IMG/VR virus record: IMGVR_UViG_3300028412_000003 | Reading direction: 5' to 3' (one strand) | DNA: 64,000 nucleotides | Origin: a virus | Lineage: Duplodnaviria; Caudoviricetes | In this document: positions 9,497 through 18,689 of the stretch, piece after piece | How the letters are laid out: each line of letters starts with the position of its first letter | Numbering within the stretch: position 1 is the stretch's first letter | Position numbers and translations under genes: made by a program | The notes under the pieces: model-generated | Told to the model about the DNA's origin: nothing | Database searches by the model: none | The model's input: only the letters and a program-made list of their open reading frames with translations

Positions 9497-9677
9497 GTTT
9501 AACTACAGCACCACCCATTAGATTGTCTTTGCTATCTAATGCGTTTTTTGCAGTTCTATTTTTATTCTTTTTTTGATTAGTATTTTTCTTTGATTTAGGA
9601 TTGGCAACAACTGCAATTGCTCCTGCGCTTGATCCCCCAGCGCTGGCTGTTTCTATCATTATTTCATATATTTTCAT
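9492..9677 (-). CDS. Small putative internal head protein
   Basis: N-terminus MKIYEIMIE (capsid-targeting-like); coupled ORF. Confidence 0.55.
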   Translation of the reverse strand: MKIYEIMIETASAGGSSAGAIAVVANPKSKKNTNQKKNKNRTAKNALDSKDNLMGGAVVKR

Positions 9678-10141
9678 GTTATTTCCTTGTATAATGGTCC
9701 GCTTATGTAATTTGAACTACGTTCTGCTGTCGCACCTTGTATCATTTTATCTTTTATCTCAGGTGTAAGATGTCTTGCTCTCATACCATTACTTAGCAAA
9801 AGATGAACTTCGATTAGATCATTGCCTTCCAATTTCATTATTGCTTTCATTCTGTTTCGACCTTCGTGACCTATTATCTTTAATGGTTGATCAAAATTAC
9901 CTTCTTCCCATTCTTGAGGAATATTGATCAAGAGAAAAGGGGCGCCAATTGCCCCTCCTTGTCTTATATGATTTATGATCTTGTCTTCTGGTTCTTTATC
10001 TAACGGAGCTGCTAGTTTTAAGAAAGTGCTAGGACGCATAAGAACTTTCATCCCTTTATAATCAACTTCTTGATTATCTGGAACTGCTCCTATACCTCTA
10101 ACATTATCAATCTTAACTTCTAGTATTTCTTTAAATCTCAT
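9674..10141 (-). CDS. Putative internal head protein with ParB/Srx-like motif
   Basis: N-terminus MRFKEILE; IIGHEGRNRMKAI resembles the ParB/Srx G.hR motif. Confidence 0.45.
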   Translation of the reverse strand: MRFKEILEVKIDNVRGIGAVPDNQEVDYKGMKVLMRPSTFLKLAAPLDKEPEDKIINHIRQGGAIGAPFLLINIPQEWEEGNFDQPLKIIGHEGRNRMKAIMKLEGNDLIEVHLLLSNGMRARHLTPEIKDKMIQGATAERSSNYISGPLYKEIT

Positions 10142-10145
10142 TAGG

Positions 10146-10709
10146 TTACCACTTCTTGCAACTCCAATATCTTGCTTTTGTGCGAGGTCCTGGATTGTCG
10201 CAATTATGTCTTGCTCTAAAACTTTTCCTGCGTTTAGGATTGCTTTTCTTTATTCGCATATTAGGATCACCAAAGTTAACCTTTTTTACATTACCTGTAC
10301 TAGGATCCTTTACATATACTTTGAATTTTTTAACATCACCCTGCATAGGTTTACCAAGTGTTACTGATCGACCTTGATATTCTGCTTCGTCTAATTGTTC
10401 GTCTTCGTTAAACCAAAGTTCACCGTATGCTTCATAGAATTCATCTCCGTTGTATGTTTCTTCTGCATCTTCGATTTCTGCCTTAGCAAGTCTGTCATAA
10501 TAATCAGGAAATTCAGCGAGATGATCTCGAGCAATTTCCGCAGCAAGAATTTTATCTTTTGTGTGTTCTATCTCAATCCTAATACCTTTGCCTAATTGAG
10601 ATAGTATTACATCACGATCAACACCATGCTTTTCTGCAATTTCATTTACACTAGGAGTCTTAACTCCAAGTTGATCTTCTTCATTATTAAACAGTTCTCT
10701 AAGTTTCAT
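10146..10709 (-). CDS. Two-domain putative internal head protein (DUF5661-like plus basic Cys/Trp domain)
   Basis: MKLREL leader; GIRIEIEHT...EIARDHLAEFPDYYDRL (DUF5661-like); LDEA linker; C-terminal RRKSFRARHNC...ARYWSCKKW. Confidence 0.55.
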   Translation of the reverse strand: MKLRELFNNEEDQLGVKTPSVNEIAEKHGVDRDVILSQLGKGIRIEIEHTKDKILAAEIARDHLAEFPDYYDRLAKAEIEDAEETYNGDEFYEAYGELWFNEDEQLDEAEYQGRSVTLGKPMQGDVKKFKVYVKDPSTGNVKKVNFGDPNMRIKKSNPKRRKSFRARHNCDNPGPRTKARYWSCKKW

Positions 10710-10927
10710 TTACGTCTTCCTCTAAATCCACTGGTACCTTGCATAGCAGGAAGACTAAACCAAAGATCAAACCATTCTTGAGAACCGGGTTTTATTCCTA
10801 ATTCTCGTTCTTTTTGTTTAAGAGCCGTTGCAGTATAACTCATATTTTCAATCACTTCTGATTGATTCATTGGTGCTCGAGGATTATTAACTCCGGCTAG
10901 TCTTTTAATTGCATCAAGATCATCCAT
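10706..10927 (-). CDS. Hypothetical protein (virion cluster)
   Basis: DLDAIKRLAGV motif; coupled ORF. Confidence 0.6.
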   Translation of the reverse strand: MDDLDAIKRLAGVNNPRAPMNQSEVIENMSYTATALKQKERELGIKPGSQEWFDLWFSLPAMQGTSGFRGRRK

Positions 10928-11665
10928 TTATTTCTTCTTATAGTTCTTAATTAACTCTTGCACAAATCGAGGAGAAAGGTTAAACTCATTTGCAGCTATT
11001 TGAATGCCATCCTTTAATGCAGCTTTGATAACTTTCTCTTTTGTATGTGGCGGCAGGGCTACATTCATAGCAACATTCTTAAAATTAATTTCGTTAATGC
11101 CCATACCTTCACGAACCGCATCGTATAATTCCTCTGCTAATGCAGGAGCACCAGATTTAAAATAAGTAAAATTACCATTTTTGGCAGCAGTTCGCATTTT
11201 GCTGGCACTCATTCCAGCGGTACCCTTTGTATTAGGATCTCTATCTCCTGCACTGATTACTTGTATAGATTCAAACTCAAATGGAATCACACCCTTCTTG
11301 TCTGATTTTCCATTATAAGAATCAAATAATTTTTGAAATTGTTCAATCCGATCGGAGCCTGCAACATAGATAATTTTAGTATAACCTTGTTCTTGCAATC
11401 TCTGAAGCATCTGTACAGGATTTTTTACATCTGAGTTACCCACAGTAATTTCAGGAAAAAATTGTTCTACAAATTTTATTTTGGTATTAAAATCTAAAGG
11501 ATTATTATCTAATTCCTGTGTTTGACTTAAGAAAAGAAAATGATCTCCTTTTATAGATTTAATGGTCTCAACTAATTTAGCATGACCGATTGTAGGAGGA
11601 TTCATACGACCGAAGGCAACTACTGCTGTTTTACCTTTTGGTTCAACTAGCTCACTTAAAATCAT
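10928..11665 (-). CDS. HIGH-superfamily nucleotidyltransferase (cytidyltransferase-like)
   Basis: VAFGRMNPPTIGH (HIGH-like), YVAGSDR, GMSASKMR (KMSKS-like). Confidence 0.8.
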   Translation of the reverse strand: MILSELVEPKGKTAVVAFGRMNPPTIGHAKLVETIKSIKGDHFLFLSQTQELDNNPLDFNTKIKFVEQFFPEITVGNSDVKNPVQMLQRLQEQGYTKIIYVAGSDRIEQFQKLFDSYNGKSDKKGVIPFEFESIQVISAGDRDPNTKGTAGMSASKMRTAAKNGNFTYFKSGAPALAEELYDAVREGMGINEINFKNVAMNVALPPHTKEKVIKAALKDGIQIAANEFNLSPRFVQELIKNYKKK

Positions 11666-12000
11666 TAGTATTCTCCGTTTCTGATTTCGTCTTCTTCTTC
11701 TGCAACTATCATCTCTATTATACTATTTTTATCATCGTCTGTAAATATATCTTTTGGTGCACGATTGATTTTATATTTTTTCATATACATAGGAATAGCA
11801 CGATCAATTAATGTTGAAAGATCACTTTTGTCTATTTTCTTTTTCTTTTTATAGATGTCAGACATTTTAGCCATCGTTGGATAATAATATCGACGATAAA
11901 AACTAGGATCGTTTCTCATATAGACAACAAGGTCATCTCGGACATCAAAATCCATACCTTTGTCGTCATCTTTAACAAATCCCATTTCGACTAATTTCAT
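11665..12000 (-). CDS. Hypothetical protein (virion cluster)
   Basis: MKLVEM leader; 111 aa. Confidence 0.65.
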   Translation of the reverse strand: MKLVEMGFVKDDDKGMDFDVRDDLVVYMRNDPSFYRRYYYPTMAKMSDIYKKKKKIDKSDLSTLIDRAIPMYMKKYKINRAPKDIFTDDDKNSIIEMIVAEEEDEIRNGEY

Positions 12001-12293
12001 TCGGAACCTCCGTCACCTGATACATATATATCAAATTCAGTGTGTCCGTGATCAAATAATTTGTCTGCTAACTTATTTACGATCACGTCGGCTTGTTCAT
12101 TTGTAAGATCACCCGGCATCTTAATCATCAAGATTTCTTCATCTTTATCGTTGCCTTCGGCAATAGCCATTTCTGATACAAATCCTGATTCATAAAGTAG
12201 ATCGGTCATGTTCAATAAAGATTCAACAATTCCATCATCTTTCAATTTTTCTAATTTGTATTTGTTTATACCAACGCCAATAAAATGTTCCAT
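11997..12293 (-). CDS. Hypothetical protein
   Basis: 98-aa acidic ORF with GGA RBS. Confidence 0.65.
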   Translation of the reverse strand: MEHFIGVGINKYKLEKLKDDGIVESLLNMTDLLYESGFVSEMAIAEGNDKDEEILMIKMPGDLTNEQADVIVNKLADKLFDHGHTEFDIYVSGDGGSE

Positions 12294-12301
12294 CTTTTTC
12301 C

Positions 12302-12664
12302 TTAGTGGTTTAATAATATGTTACGGATACTTCCGTCTGTCCAATCTTGGACAATAACTCGCACCCAAACAAAGTTTCCTGTAAAGTTATAAATGAATGC
12401 ACCCGAAGCATTAGTACCATCCGACTCTTCACTGGAATGTGTTGCAGGATTGATTGTAAACCAATCAGCCTCAACTGGCATAACTGCCAAAGATGCTTGC
12501 ATACTAATAGTTCCTATAAAACCATTAAGATTGTATTGGACCGTATGCAATCCGTCTGCTCGTCCATAATAACCGTCACCTTTAAATTTTTCACCTGTTA
12601 TAGATTCAGTTGAACTATCTCCTGGGTGTACTTCGTTAGATAGAATAATTTGGCTGTTTTCCAT
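12302..12664 (-). CDS. Beta-rich putative structural protein
   Basis: Start reassigned to MENSQ (12664), 5 nt after GATAAATA; GNFVWVRV beta-sandwich-like C-terminus. Confidence 0.6.
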   Translation of the reverse strand: MENSQIILSNEVHPGDSSTESITGEKFKGDGYYGRADGLHTVQYNLNGFIGTISMQASLAVMPVEADWFTINPATHSSEESDGTNASGAFIYNFTGNFVWVRVIVQDWTDGSIRNILLNH

Positions 12665-12669
12665 GTAAA

Positions 12670-12677
12670 TATTTATC
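12670..12677 (-). promoter_or_regulatory. Late promoter GATAAATA, leaderless (TTTAC-ATG)
   Basis: Direct motif match heading the 12664-9492 operon. Confidence 0.65.
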
Positions 12678-12683
12678 AAAGAT

Positions 12684-13361
12684 TTAGTTATGTTCTAATT
12701 CATAAACTTTCTTTATCTTATCAGATATTCTCATATTGAGAACAGTCAGCATTATATCGTCTCTTACATATATTTGAAGAGAAGATATAACATGACCATT
12801 TTTTAATTCTTTAGCTCCCCCTTCTGAAATCTTTATCTTACCTTTGTTATTCTCTACCCATTTAGGAAATTTACTATCTGAAATATTATTTACTATCACT
12901 TTGTACTTATAATCCTTAAATGCATCTGATACTATTAATTTACCAGATTCTAAAGAAGACAAATTATTTGGATCTGGTTCAGTTAAATCAATTGCTAAAT
13001 TAGCCTTAATAAGTTTGTTAGGAATATCCATATCGTTTGTATAGATCATTAGTTCGTTATTTTCTTTTCTTAAAGAAAAATCTTTATTTTTAGTTAAAAT
13101 CTCTTTTAATTTTAGAGCATCTTGATATTCTTTAAACGATATATTAATTGTTCTTTTTACTGGTACTAATGGATTAATACAAATTTCAGTATCGGGATAC
13201 GGCTTACTATTTAACTCGTTAAATTTATTATCTATTCTATCAAGTAATGCGTTGGTTGTTTTATATTTTGGATAATCAAGCCAACGGGTTAGGCAATGCC
13301 TAACCCGTGTTCTGTAGAGATATTTACCATAGAATAATTTTTTGGTCTTATACCTCTTCAA
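12684..13361 (-). CDS. Hypothetical protein
   Basis: 225-aa ORF overlapping the clpA stop. Confidence 0.7.
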   Translation of the reverse strand: MKRYKTKKLFYGKYLYRTRVRHCLTRWLDYPKYKTTNALLDRIDNKFNELNSKPYPDTEICINPLVPVKRTINISFKEYQDALKLKEILTKNKDFSLRKENNELMIYTNDMDIPNKLIKANLAIDLTEPDPNNLSSLESGKLIVSDAFKDYKYKVIVNNISDSKFPKWVENNKGKIKISEGGAKELKNGHVISSLQIYVRDDIMLTVLNMRISDKIKKVYELEHN

Positions 13362-15597
13362 TTGTTAGCACCTCATGCGTAATGTCAAACTCTAGTGCAT
13401 CATTATGAGCGTTAATTGTAACAGTTCCGCCATTCTTAAGAAGACCAAATAGCATTTCTTTAGCTAGAGGGCGTTTGATCTCGTCGTTTATTAGACGCTT
13501 AAGAGGACGGGCACCATACATTGGGCTAAATCCTTTTTCTGCAAGATAATCAAAGGCTTCGCCAGTCATTTCAATATTGACTCCCTTTTCTTTTACTTTA
13601 AGTTTTAGCTCACGCATGAATTTTCCAACTATCTTAATTATGATTTCCTTAGGCAACTTGCCAAACTTGATAATACCATCAAGTCTGTTACGGAATTCAG
13701 GAGCAAAGAATTTTTCAACAGCTTTTAAATCATATTCCTTATCTAAAGGAGTGCTAAAGCCAATGTTTTTCTTTTCTGCATCTGATGCACCAAGGTTAGT
13801 GGTAATGATAAGAGTTACGTTACGAAAATCTGCAACCTTATTATTTGCACCAGTTAACTTTCCATTATCCATAATCTGCAACAATATTTGAGAAACATCA
13901 GGGTGTGCTTTTTCTATTTCGTCAAGCAATAACACACAGTTAGGATTTTCTTGAATTGCTGTGATGAGCGCACCTGCATTGTCTTCAAATCCAACGTAGC
14001 CTGGAGGAGAACCAATCAACCTAGATACAGAGTGTTTCTCCATATATTCTGTCATGTCAAACCTTACTAGCTTAACGCCTAGTTCTTCTGACAAAGCCTT
14101 TGCTGTTTCAGTCTTACCTACACCAGTTGGTCCCATAAAGACAAAAGAACCAATTGGCTTATCATCTTCTTGCAATCCAGCTTGTGCAATAATAACCTTA
14201 TCAACTAGTGCAGTAACAGCAGAATCTTGACCATATACCTTGCCTAAGATATTCTTTTCAAGGTTAGCCATATTCTCGCTTTCTTTTTCAGCAATTCGAT
14301 CAGCATCTATGTTAACCATATGAGACAGTTCGCGTTGAATATTTTCAACATCTACTGTCTTGTTTTCAGTTTGATTTATCAATTTAAATCGAGAACATGC
14401 AACATCAATAAGATCTATTGCCTTATCAGGCAATTTCTTATCTGGTTGATATTTAACTGACAATTTAATTGCTTCTTTAATAGCACCGTCTGTAATAACA
14501 GCATCATGAAATTCTTCATAATACTGTTTGATAGACAGAAGAATTTCTTCTGCTTCAGATGCACTAGGTTCATTAACTGTAACACGTTGAAAGCGCCTCA
14601 TTAATGCACGATCCTGTTCAAAATACTTTCTGTATTCTTCCCATGTAGTAGAAGCAACAACCTTAACATCGCCCTTACCTAATGCAGGTTTAAGCATATT
14701 AGCCAAGTCATTTGCATTATTAGAAGAACCAGACCCAGCACCATTCATCATATGTGCTTCATCAATAAACAAAACACACTTACCTTTTTTAACAATGGCA
14801 CTCAATACTGCCTTAAAGCGTTCTTCAAAGTCACCTCGGTATTTAGATCCTGCAAGCATTGAACTTATATCAAGGTTGTAAACTGTGTAATCTTTTAGAA
14901 ATTCTGGAACATCACCATTTACAATCTTGTATGCTAGTCCTTCAACAATTGCAGTCTTACCTACACCAGGATCACCAACAAGAATTACGTTATTCTTATT
15001 ACGCCTACCAAGTGAAAGTGCAATACGATCAAGTTCTGCACTACGGGCAATAACAGGATCAATCTTTTTCTGTTTTGCTCTTCTGTTCAGGTCAACGGTA
15101 AAAGTCTTTAGTGCTTTTTGTTCACCTTGTGTGATCTCTTCAGCTTCTATTGCTTCTTCAATTTCTGTATTAACAAATTCAGCAAAAGATGATCGGTCAA
15201 TACCAGCTTGAGTCAAATAATAATAACACATTGACTTCTTTTCATGCAACATACTTATGAGTACATCAGTAAGTTCCATTGTACGACCGCCACTAAACAA
15301 GACCTGTGTAAATGAACGATTTAATACTCGCTCAACTGTTTGAGTCTTCTTTGGCTTATATTTTGTAATTGAAGAATCAACCTTGATATCATCTAGCTTA
15401 GTCTTAAGCATCTTATCTAAATTAGTTTGAACGTAGTTTACCTCTGTTCCGTATCCCTCAAGCAATTTTACAAAATTTTCTTCTGTAAGCATTGCGAACA
15501 ATAGATGCTCTAACGTCACATATTCATGACGTAAATTCTTTGCTATTTCTACTGCTTTTTCGAAAATAGAAGATAGTTCTTTAGACGGTTCGACCAT
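13348..15597 (-). CDS. clpA: ATP-dependent Clp protease ATP-binding subunit ClpA
   Basis: Clp-N domain (RHEYVTLEHLL), two AAA+ modules (GDPGVGKT, GPTGVGKT, LLDEIEKAH), IGF ClpP-docking loop, no ClpB middle domain. Confidence 0.93.
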   Translation of the reverse strand: MVEPSKELSSIFEKAVEIAKNLRHEYVTLEHLLFAMLTEENFVKLLEGYGTEVNYVQTNLDKMLKTKLDDIKVDSSITKYKPKKTQTVERVLNRSFTQVLFSGGRTMELTDVLISMLHEKKSMCYYYLTQAGIDRSSFAEFVNTEIEEAIEAEEITQGEQKALKTFTVDLNRRAKQKKIDPVIARSAELDRIALSLGRRNKNNVILVGDPGVGKTAIVEGLAYKIVNGDVPEFLKDYTVYNLDISSMLAGSKYRGDFEERFKAVLSAIVKKGKCVLFIDEAHMMNGAGSGSSNNANDLANMLKPALGKGDVKVVASTTWEEYRKYFEQDRALMRRFQRVTVNEPSASEAEEILLSIKQYYEEFHDAVITDGAIKEAIKLSVKYQPDKKLPDKAIDLIDVACSRFKLINQTENKTVDVENIQRELSHMVNIDADRIAEKESENMANLEKNILGKVYGQDSAVTALVDKVIIAQAGLQEDDKPIGSFVFMGPTGVGKTETAKALSEELGVKLVRFDMTEYMEKHSVSRLIGSPPGYVGFEDNAGALITAIQENPNCVLLLDEIEKAHPDVSQILLQIMDNGKLTGANNKVADFRNVTLIITTNLGASDAEKKNIGFSTPLDKEYDLKAVEKFFAPEFRNRLDGIIKFGKLPKEIIIKIVGKFMRELKLKVKEKGVNIEMTGEAFDYLAEKGFSPMYGARPLKRLINDEIKRPLAKEMLFGLLKNGGTVTINAHNDALEFDITHEVLTIEEV

Positions 15598-15628
15598 AAT
15601 TACTCCTTTAAAATAAAGTTTATGTTAT

Positions 15629-15656
15629 ATTGTATACTATATTCATAAAATGTCAA
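15629..15656 (-). promoter_or_regulatory. sigma70-type promoter TTGACA-N16-TACAAT
   Basis: Match upstream of clpA. Confidence 0.55.
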
Positions 15657-16489
15657 GAATTTAAATCTTTTCTTAATTCTCTTAACTTATCCATAACTTC
15701 ATTGGATTCTATTTTAGGAATATTTGCGTGTACTTTGACTAATAATCTGCCTCTTATTTTATTGTTTATATTTGGTAATCCGTGATTGCTTACTCCAAAA
15801 ACAGTTCCATTTTTAGTACCAGCAGGAATTTTAACTTTGACTTTTTTCTTTTCAATAGTAGTGACTTCGTGACTACATCCAATTATTAAATCTAGTGCAT
15901 TAATATCACTTATGACAATTAAATCATCGTCTTGTCTAATCCATTTTTGATCTGGAATTATTATTATTTTAACAAAGAGATTTCCTCTTTGTACACCCTG
16001 AATTCCTTCGTCGCCTAATCCTGCATATCTCATAGTTGTGCCATCTTTTATTCCGGGCGGCACATTAATAGTAACAGTTTCGGTTCTACCTGTTCGTAAT
16101 CTATAATTAGCTATAATTTCTTTACCTTCTAATACATCAATAAGATCAATATTTGCTGCTATTGTTATATCTGGATTTCTCATTTGTTGATTACGTCCTG
16201 CATTTCTACGGAAAAGATCATAGAATAAATCATCTACATTATGAACATATGCATCGTCTCTAAATCCACCTTGATGATGTCCGCTATTAAAAGGATTTTG
16301 AGGAGCATCATACTTTGCTCTTCTGTCAGGATCTTTTAACGTATCGTATGCTGAACTTATTTCTTTAAATTTGTTTTCGTCTCCGCCGGCATCAGGATGG
16401 TGTTTTGCTGCTAGTTTTCGAAAAGCAGATTTAATTTCTTCTTGTGAGGCAGTTTTTTGTACTCCGAGTGTCTTGTAATGATCATCCAT
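15653..16489 (-). CDS. dnaJ: DnaJ/CbpA-type co-chaperone (J domain plus C-terminal domain, no Zn finger)
   Basis: DHYKTLGV...HHPDAGGD J domain; IPAGTKNG...GLP...RGRLLV C-domain. Confidence 0.92.
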   Translation of the reverse strand: MDDHYKTLGVQKTASQEEIKSAFRKLAAKHHPDAGGDENKFKEISSAYDTLKDPDRRAKYDAPQNPFNSGHHQGGFRDDAYVHNVDDLFYDLFRRNAGRNQQMRNPDITIAANIDLIDVLEGKEIIANYRLRTGRTETVTINVPPGIKDGTTMRYAGLGDEGIQGVQRGNLFVKIIIIPDQKWIRQDDDLIVISDINALDLIIGCSHEVTTIEKKKVKVKIPAGTKNGTVFGVSNHGLPNINNKIRGRLLVKVHANIPKIESNEVMDKLRELRKDLNS

Positions 16490-16493
16490 ACTG

Positions 16494-16500
16494 TACTTAA
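16494..16500 (-). promoter_or_regulatory. Late promoter variant TTAAGTA, leaderless (CAGT-ATG)
   Basis: TAAGTA 4 nt before the dnaJ ATG; no SD. Confidence 0.5.
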
Positions 16501-16501
16501 C

Positions 16502-16933
16502 TTATTCGTCTGGATTCTTTCGCCTTCCTGATCCAACATACAGACCAAACCAAGCTGCTCCAGCACCTACTATTATAGATACTAATCCAGATTGTTCAAG
16601 AGATAAATTTTCTACTTCCATGGCCCAAATCACAACTTCGTAAAGCAGATAGATATAAACAGAAATGAATATCCGTGGAAAAATTCTCCAAGAGTCTAAC
16701 GCCCTTGCAAGGTGTATTAGATTTTTAAAAGGATTAACACCTAAATCCTTAATAGAAGTATCAACTTCTAAGTCAAGTTTAACTTTTTTGGTTGTACCGT
16801 TTTCATTCATTTCAACTACAACGGCATCGTCGTAAATTTCTTCATTTTTAACTTCTTGCTTCGTTCTTCCAGTCCAATATCTCGTTTCTGATTCTGAATA
16901 CGGCTCGAAGTCTTCTGGTCTTTGTCTTGGCAT
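16502..16933 (-). CDS. Membrane protein, holin/antiholin candidate
   Basis: Two C-terminal hydrophobic helices (IFISVYIYLLYEVVIWA; LVSIIVGAGAAWFGLYV); last gene of the lysis cassette. Confidence 0.45.
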   Translation of the reverse strand: MPRQRPEDFEPYSESETRYWTGRTKQEVKNEEIYDDAVVVEMNENGTTKKVKLDLEVDTSIKDLGVNPFKNLIHLARALDSWRIFPRIFISVYIYLLYEVVIWAMEVENLSLEQSGLVSIIVGAGAAWFGLYVGSGRRKNPDE

Positions 16934-16954
16934 CGAACCCTCCCTCTATGTTAA

Positions 16955-16962
16955 TATTTATC
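16955..16962 (-). promoter_or_regulatory. Late promoter GATAAATA with GGAGG leader
   Basis: Motif 21 nt upstream of the 16933 ATG. Confidence 0.6.
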
Positions 16963-17428
16963 AGAAGGGATTAATTGTTTCAAAGAATGATTTTTGGTCT
17001 CTTGATTTATTTTCTTTTTCTACTTGTTGATTAACGGATTGAACTTCTCGTTGAGCACGACTAAGAGCTACTTCTGCATCTTTATAATATCTTTCGTATG
17101 CAGCAATGATAGTTTTTTGTTGTTGGATAAATGCTCTTACATCACTTAAATTAAGAGATAAATTTTCGTATCCTTTATCAGATAGTCCAAATAAAACAGG
17201 ATCATTCCCTGTTTCTCTTAATTGAGAAAATACTTCTTCGTAATTTTCTTCAGTTATAATAACCCAGTCAATTATACGCAAATTGAGTTGATCAGCAGAA
17301 GGTAGAACAAGTTCTGGCCTGTCTATTGGCTTAGCTGAAATTTCTAATGGTTTAACTGAGCTACATCCACTAAGGACGAGAATCACCAGTCCACAAAAAA
17401 GGACATTCACTATTGAACGATCTTGCAT
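16961..17428 (-). CDS. Outer-membrane spanin (Rz1/o-spanin-like lipoprotein)
   Basis: Lipobox VLSG-C, Pro-rich PIDRPELVLP, overlaps the end of the i-spanin; start trimmed to MQDRS. Confidence 0.7.
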   Translation of the reverse strand: MQDRSIVNVLFCGLVILVLSGCSSVKPLEISAKPIDRPELVLPSADQLNLRIIDWVIITEENYEEVFSQLRETGNDPVLFGLSDKGYENLSLNLSDVRAFIQQQKTIIAAYERYYKDAEVALSRAQREVQSVNQQVEKENKSRDQKSFFETINPF

Positions 17429-17846
17429 TTTTTGCATTCCTTTCTTTATCTGTAAGAGGCGCTCCACTTAATATTTCGAGACATCTACCTGCTTTTTCAC
17501 TGGCATTATTGATTACACGTTCAACTAATTTTGGTTTTGCATTACCAAGTGCACCTATATCATGTTTTCCTAATCTATCACGTAATTCATTATTTTGAAT
17601 ACGTATGTTTTGAAATTCTTCATTTACTCTACGGAGTTCAGACGCTATCTTTTCTTGATCAGCCTTCATGCTAGAAATCGTCTCTTCGTTTATACTTACT
17701 GCGGTTTCTAGTTTGGCATTGTTTTCAGATAGCGTCTGAATTCTTGATTGTGAATCAGTATAATACCAATAAAATCCACCAATCATAACAATGACTGCAA
17801 CACCAATTATAGCATAAATTTTAAGAGACCCTAAAAAAGGTATCAT
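17370..17846 (-). CDS. Inner-membrane spanin (Rz/i-spanin-like)
   Basis: True start MIPFLG (17846, ATGA overlap with endolysin stop); N-terminal TM helix, long coiled coil, C-terminal cysteines. Confidence 0.7.
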   Translation of the reverse strand: MIPFLGSLKIYAIIGVAVIVMIGGFYWYYTDSQSRIQTLSENNAKLETAVSINEETISSMKADQEKIASELRRVNEEFQNIRIQNNELRDRLGKHDIGALGNAKPKLVERVINNASEKAGRCLEILSGAPLTDKERNAKNARSFNSECPFLWTGDSRP

Positions 17847-18676
17847 CTCAATAATACCGATATTGTTTTTGGTCCTGCTATTCCGTCTGCTACTAGGCCA
17901 TTCTCCATCTGCCACCGGCGCAGGTGTGCTTCGGTTCCGCTTCCAAAGATTCCATCTGCTGTTATTCCCAATGCCTCTTGTATCTTCTTTACTGTTTCTC
18001 CACGAGATCCCTTTTTCACCGTTTGGGGATATCGACGGATCGCCGAACGGTGTGAGGAAAAAAGGTCTAATGCAGACTCCCAACGGCGTTTGCGATCAGC
18101 TAATCCATGATCACCACCATTTATCAATCGAGTCATTTCGTATATGTCATATTCATCTGCATGTTGGTTTAAATTTCGAGAATCCCAAAACCAACATGCA
18201 GAATCTATTGCACCTTTTTTAGTTTCAATATATTCAATTACTTCATCTAAGTTCATGTCCATTACACGAGCAAATGCTTGATAGTTATTCTTACCGGTTA
18301 ATTGTATAATTCCACGACCTCGAAATTTCCATCCGTCACCTGTTGACTCTGGTCCATTACCCATTCGACCACCATAAACTACATTGGCAATTTTTTCAGG
18401 TTGTCGATGGTAGTTGTTTGCATCTCTGCCAGCGAGACGAAAATATTTTGGAAATACAACATTTAATCTTTCTGCAGAGTAATTTAAATTTTCATTTAGT
18501 CTACGATATCCATTACTCTCGTGTGCAGTCTGTGCGATAAATCCAGCCACTCGTTGTGGAGTATTAATACTCCACAACGGTAATATTTCAACCATTGCTT
18601 CGTACCATTCGTCTGATTCTGAATTGTTTAGTAATTCTCTAACTTGATCTTTAGTAAAATCAAAAGTAAATCTCAT
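17843..18676 (-). CDS. Endolysin: GH19 chitinase-like domain plus C-terminal peptidoglycan-binding domain
   Basis: FIAQTAHES, GWKFRGRGIIQLTGKNNY; PG_binding_1 GSRGETVKKIQ...DGIFG...DGIAGPKT. Confidence 0.9.
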   Translation of the reverse strand: MRFTFDFTKDQVRELLNNSESDEWYEAMVEILPLWSINTPQRVAGFIAQTAHESNGYRRLNENLNYSAERLNVVFPKYFRLAGRDANNYHRQPEKIANVVYGGRMGNGPESTGDGWKFRGRGIIQLTGKNNYQAFARVMDMNLDEVIEYIETKKGAIDSACWFWDSRNLNQHADEYDIYEMTRLINGGDHGLADRKRRWESALDLFSSHRSAIRRYPQTVKKGSRGETVKKIQEALGITADGIFGSGTEAHLRRWQMENGLVADGIAGPKTISVLLR

Positions 18677-18689
18677 ATCTTGTCCTGTC

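Noticed and set aside
13348-15597. ClpB assignment
   Set aside because: No coiled-coil middle domain, and an IGF ClpP-docking loop is present, so ClpA.
17847-18083. 80-aa N-terminal extension of the i-spanin ORF
   Set aside because: Overlaps the endolysin in another frame; the ATG at 17846 gives an ATGA-coupled start and an N-terminal TM.
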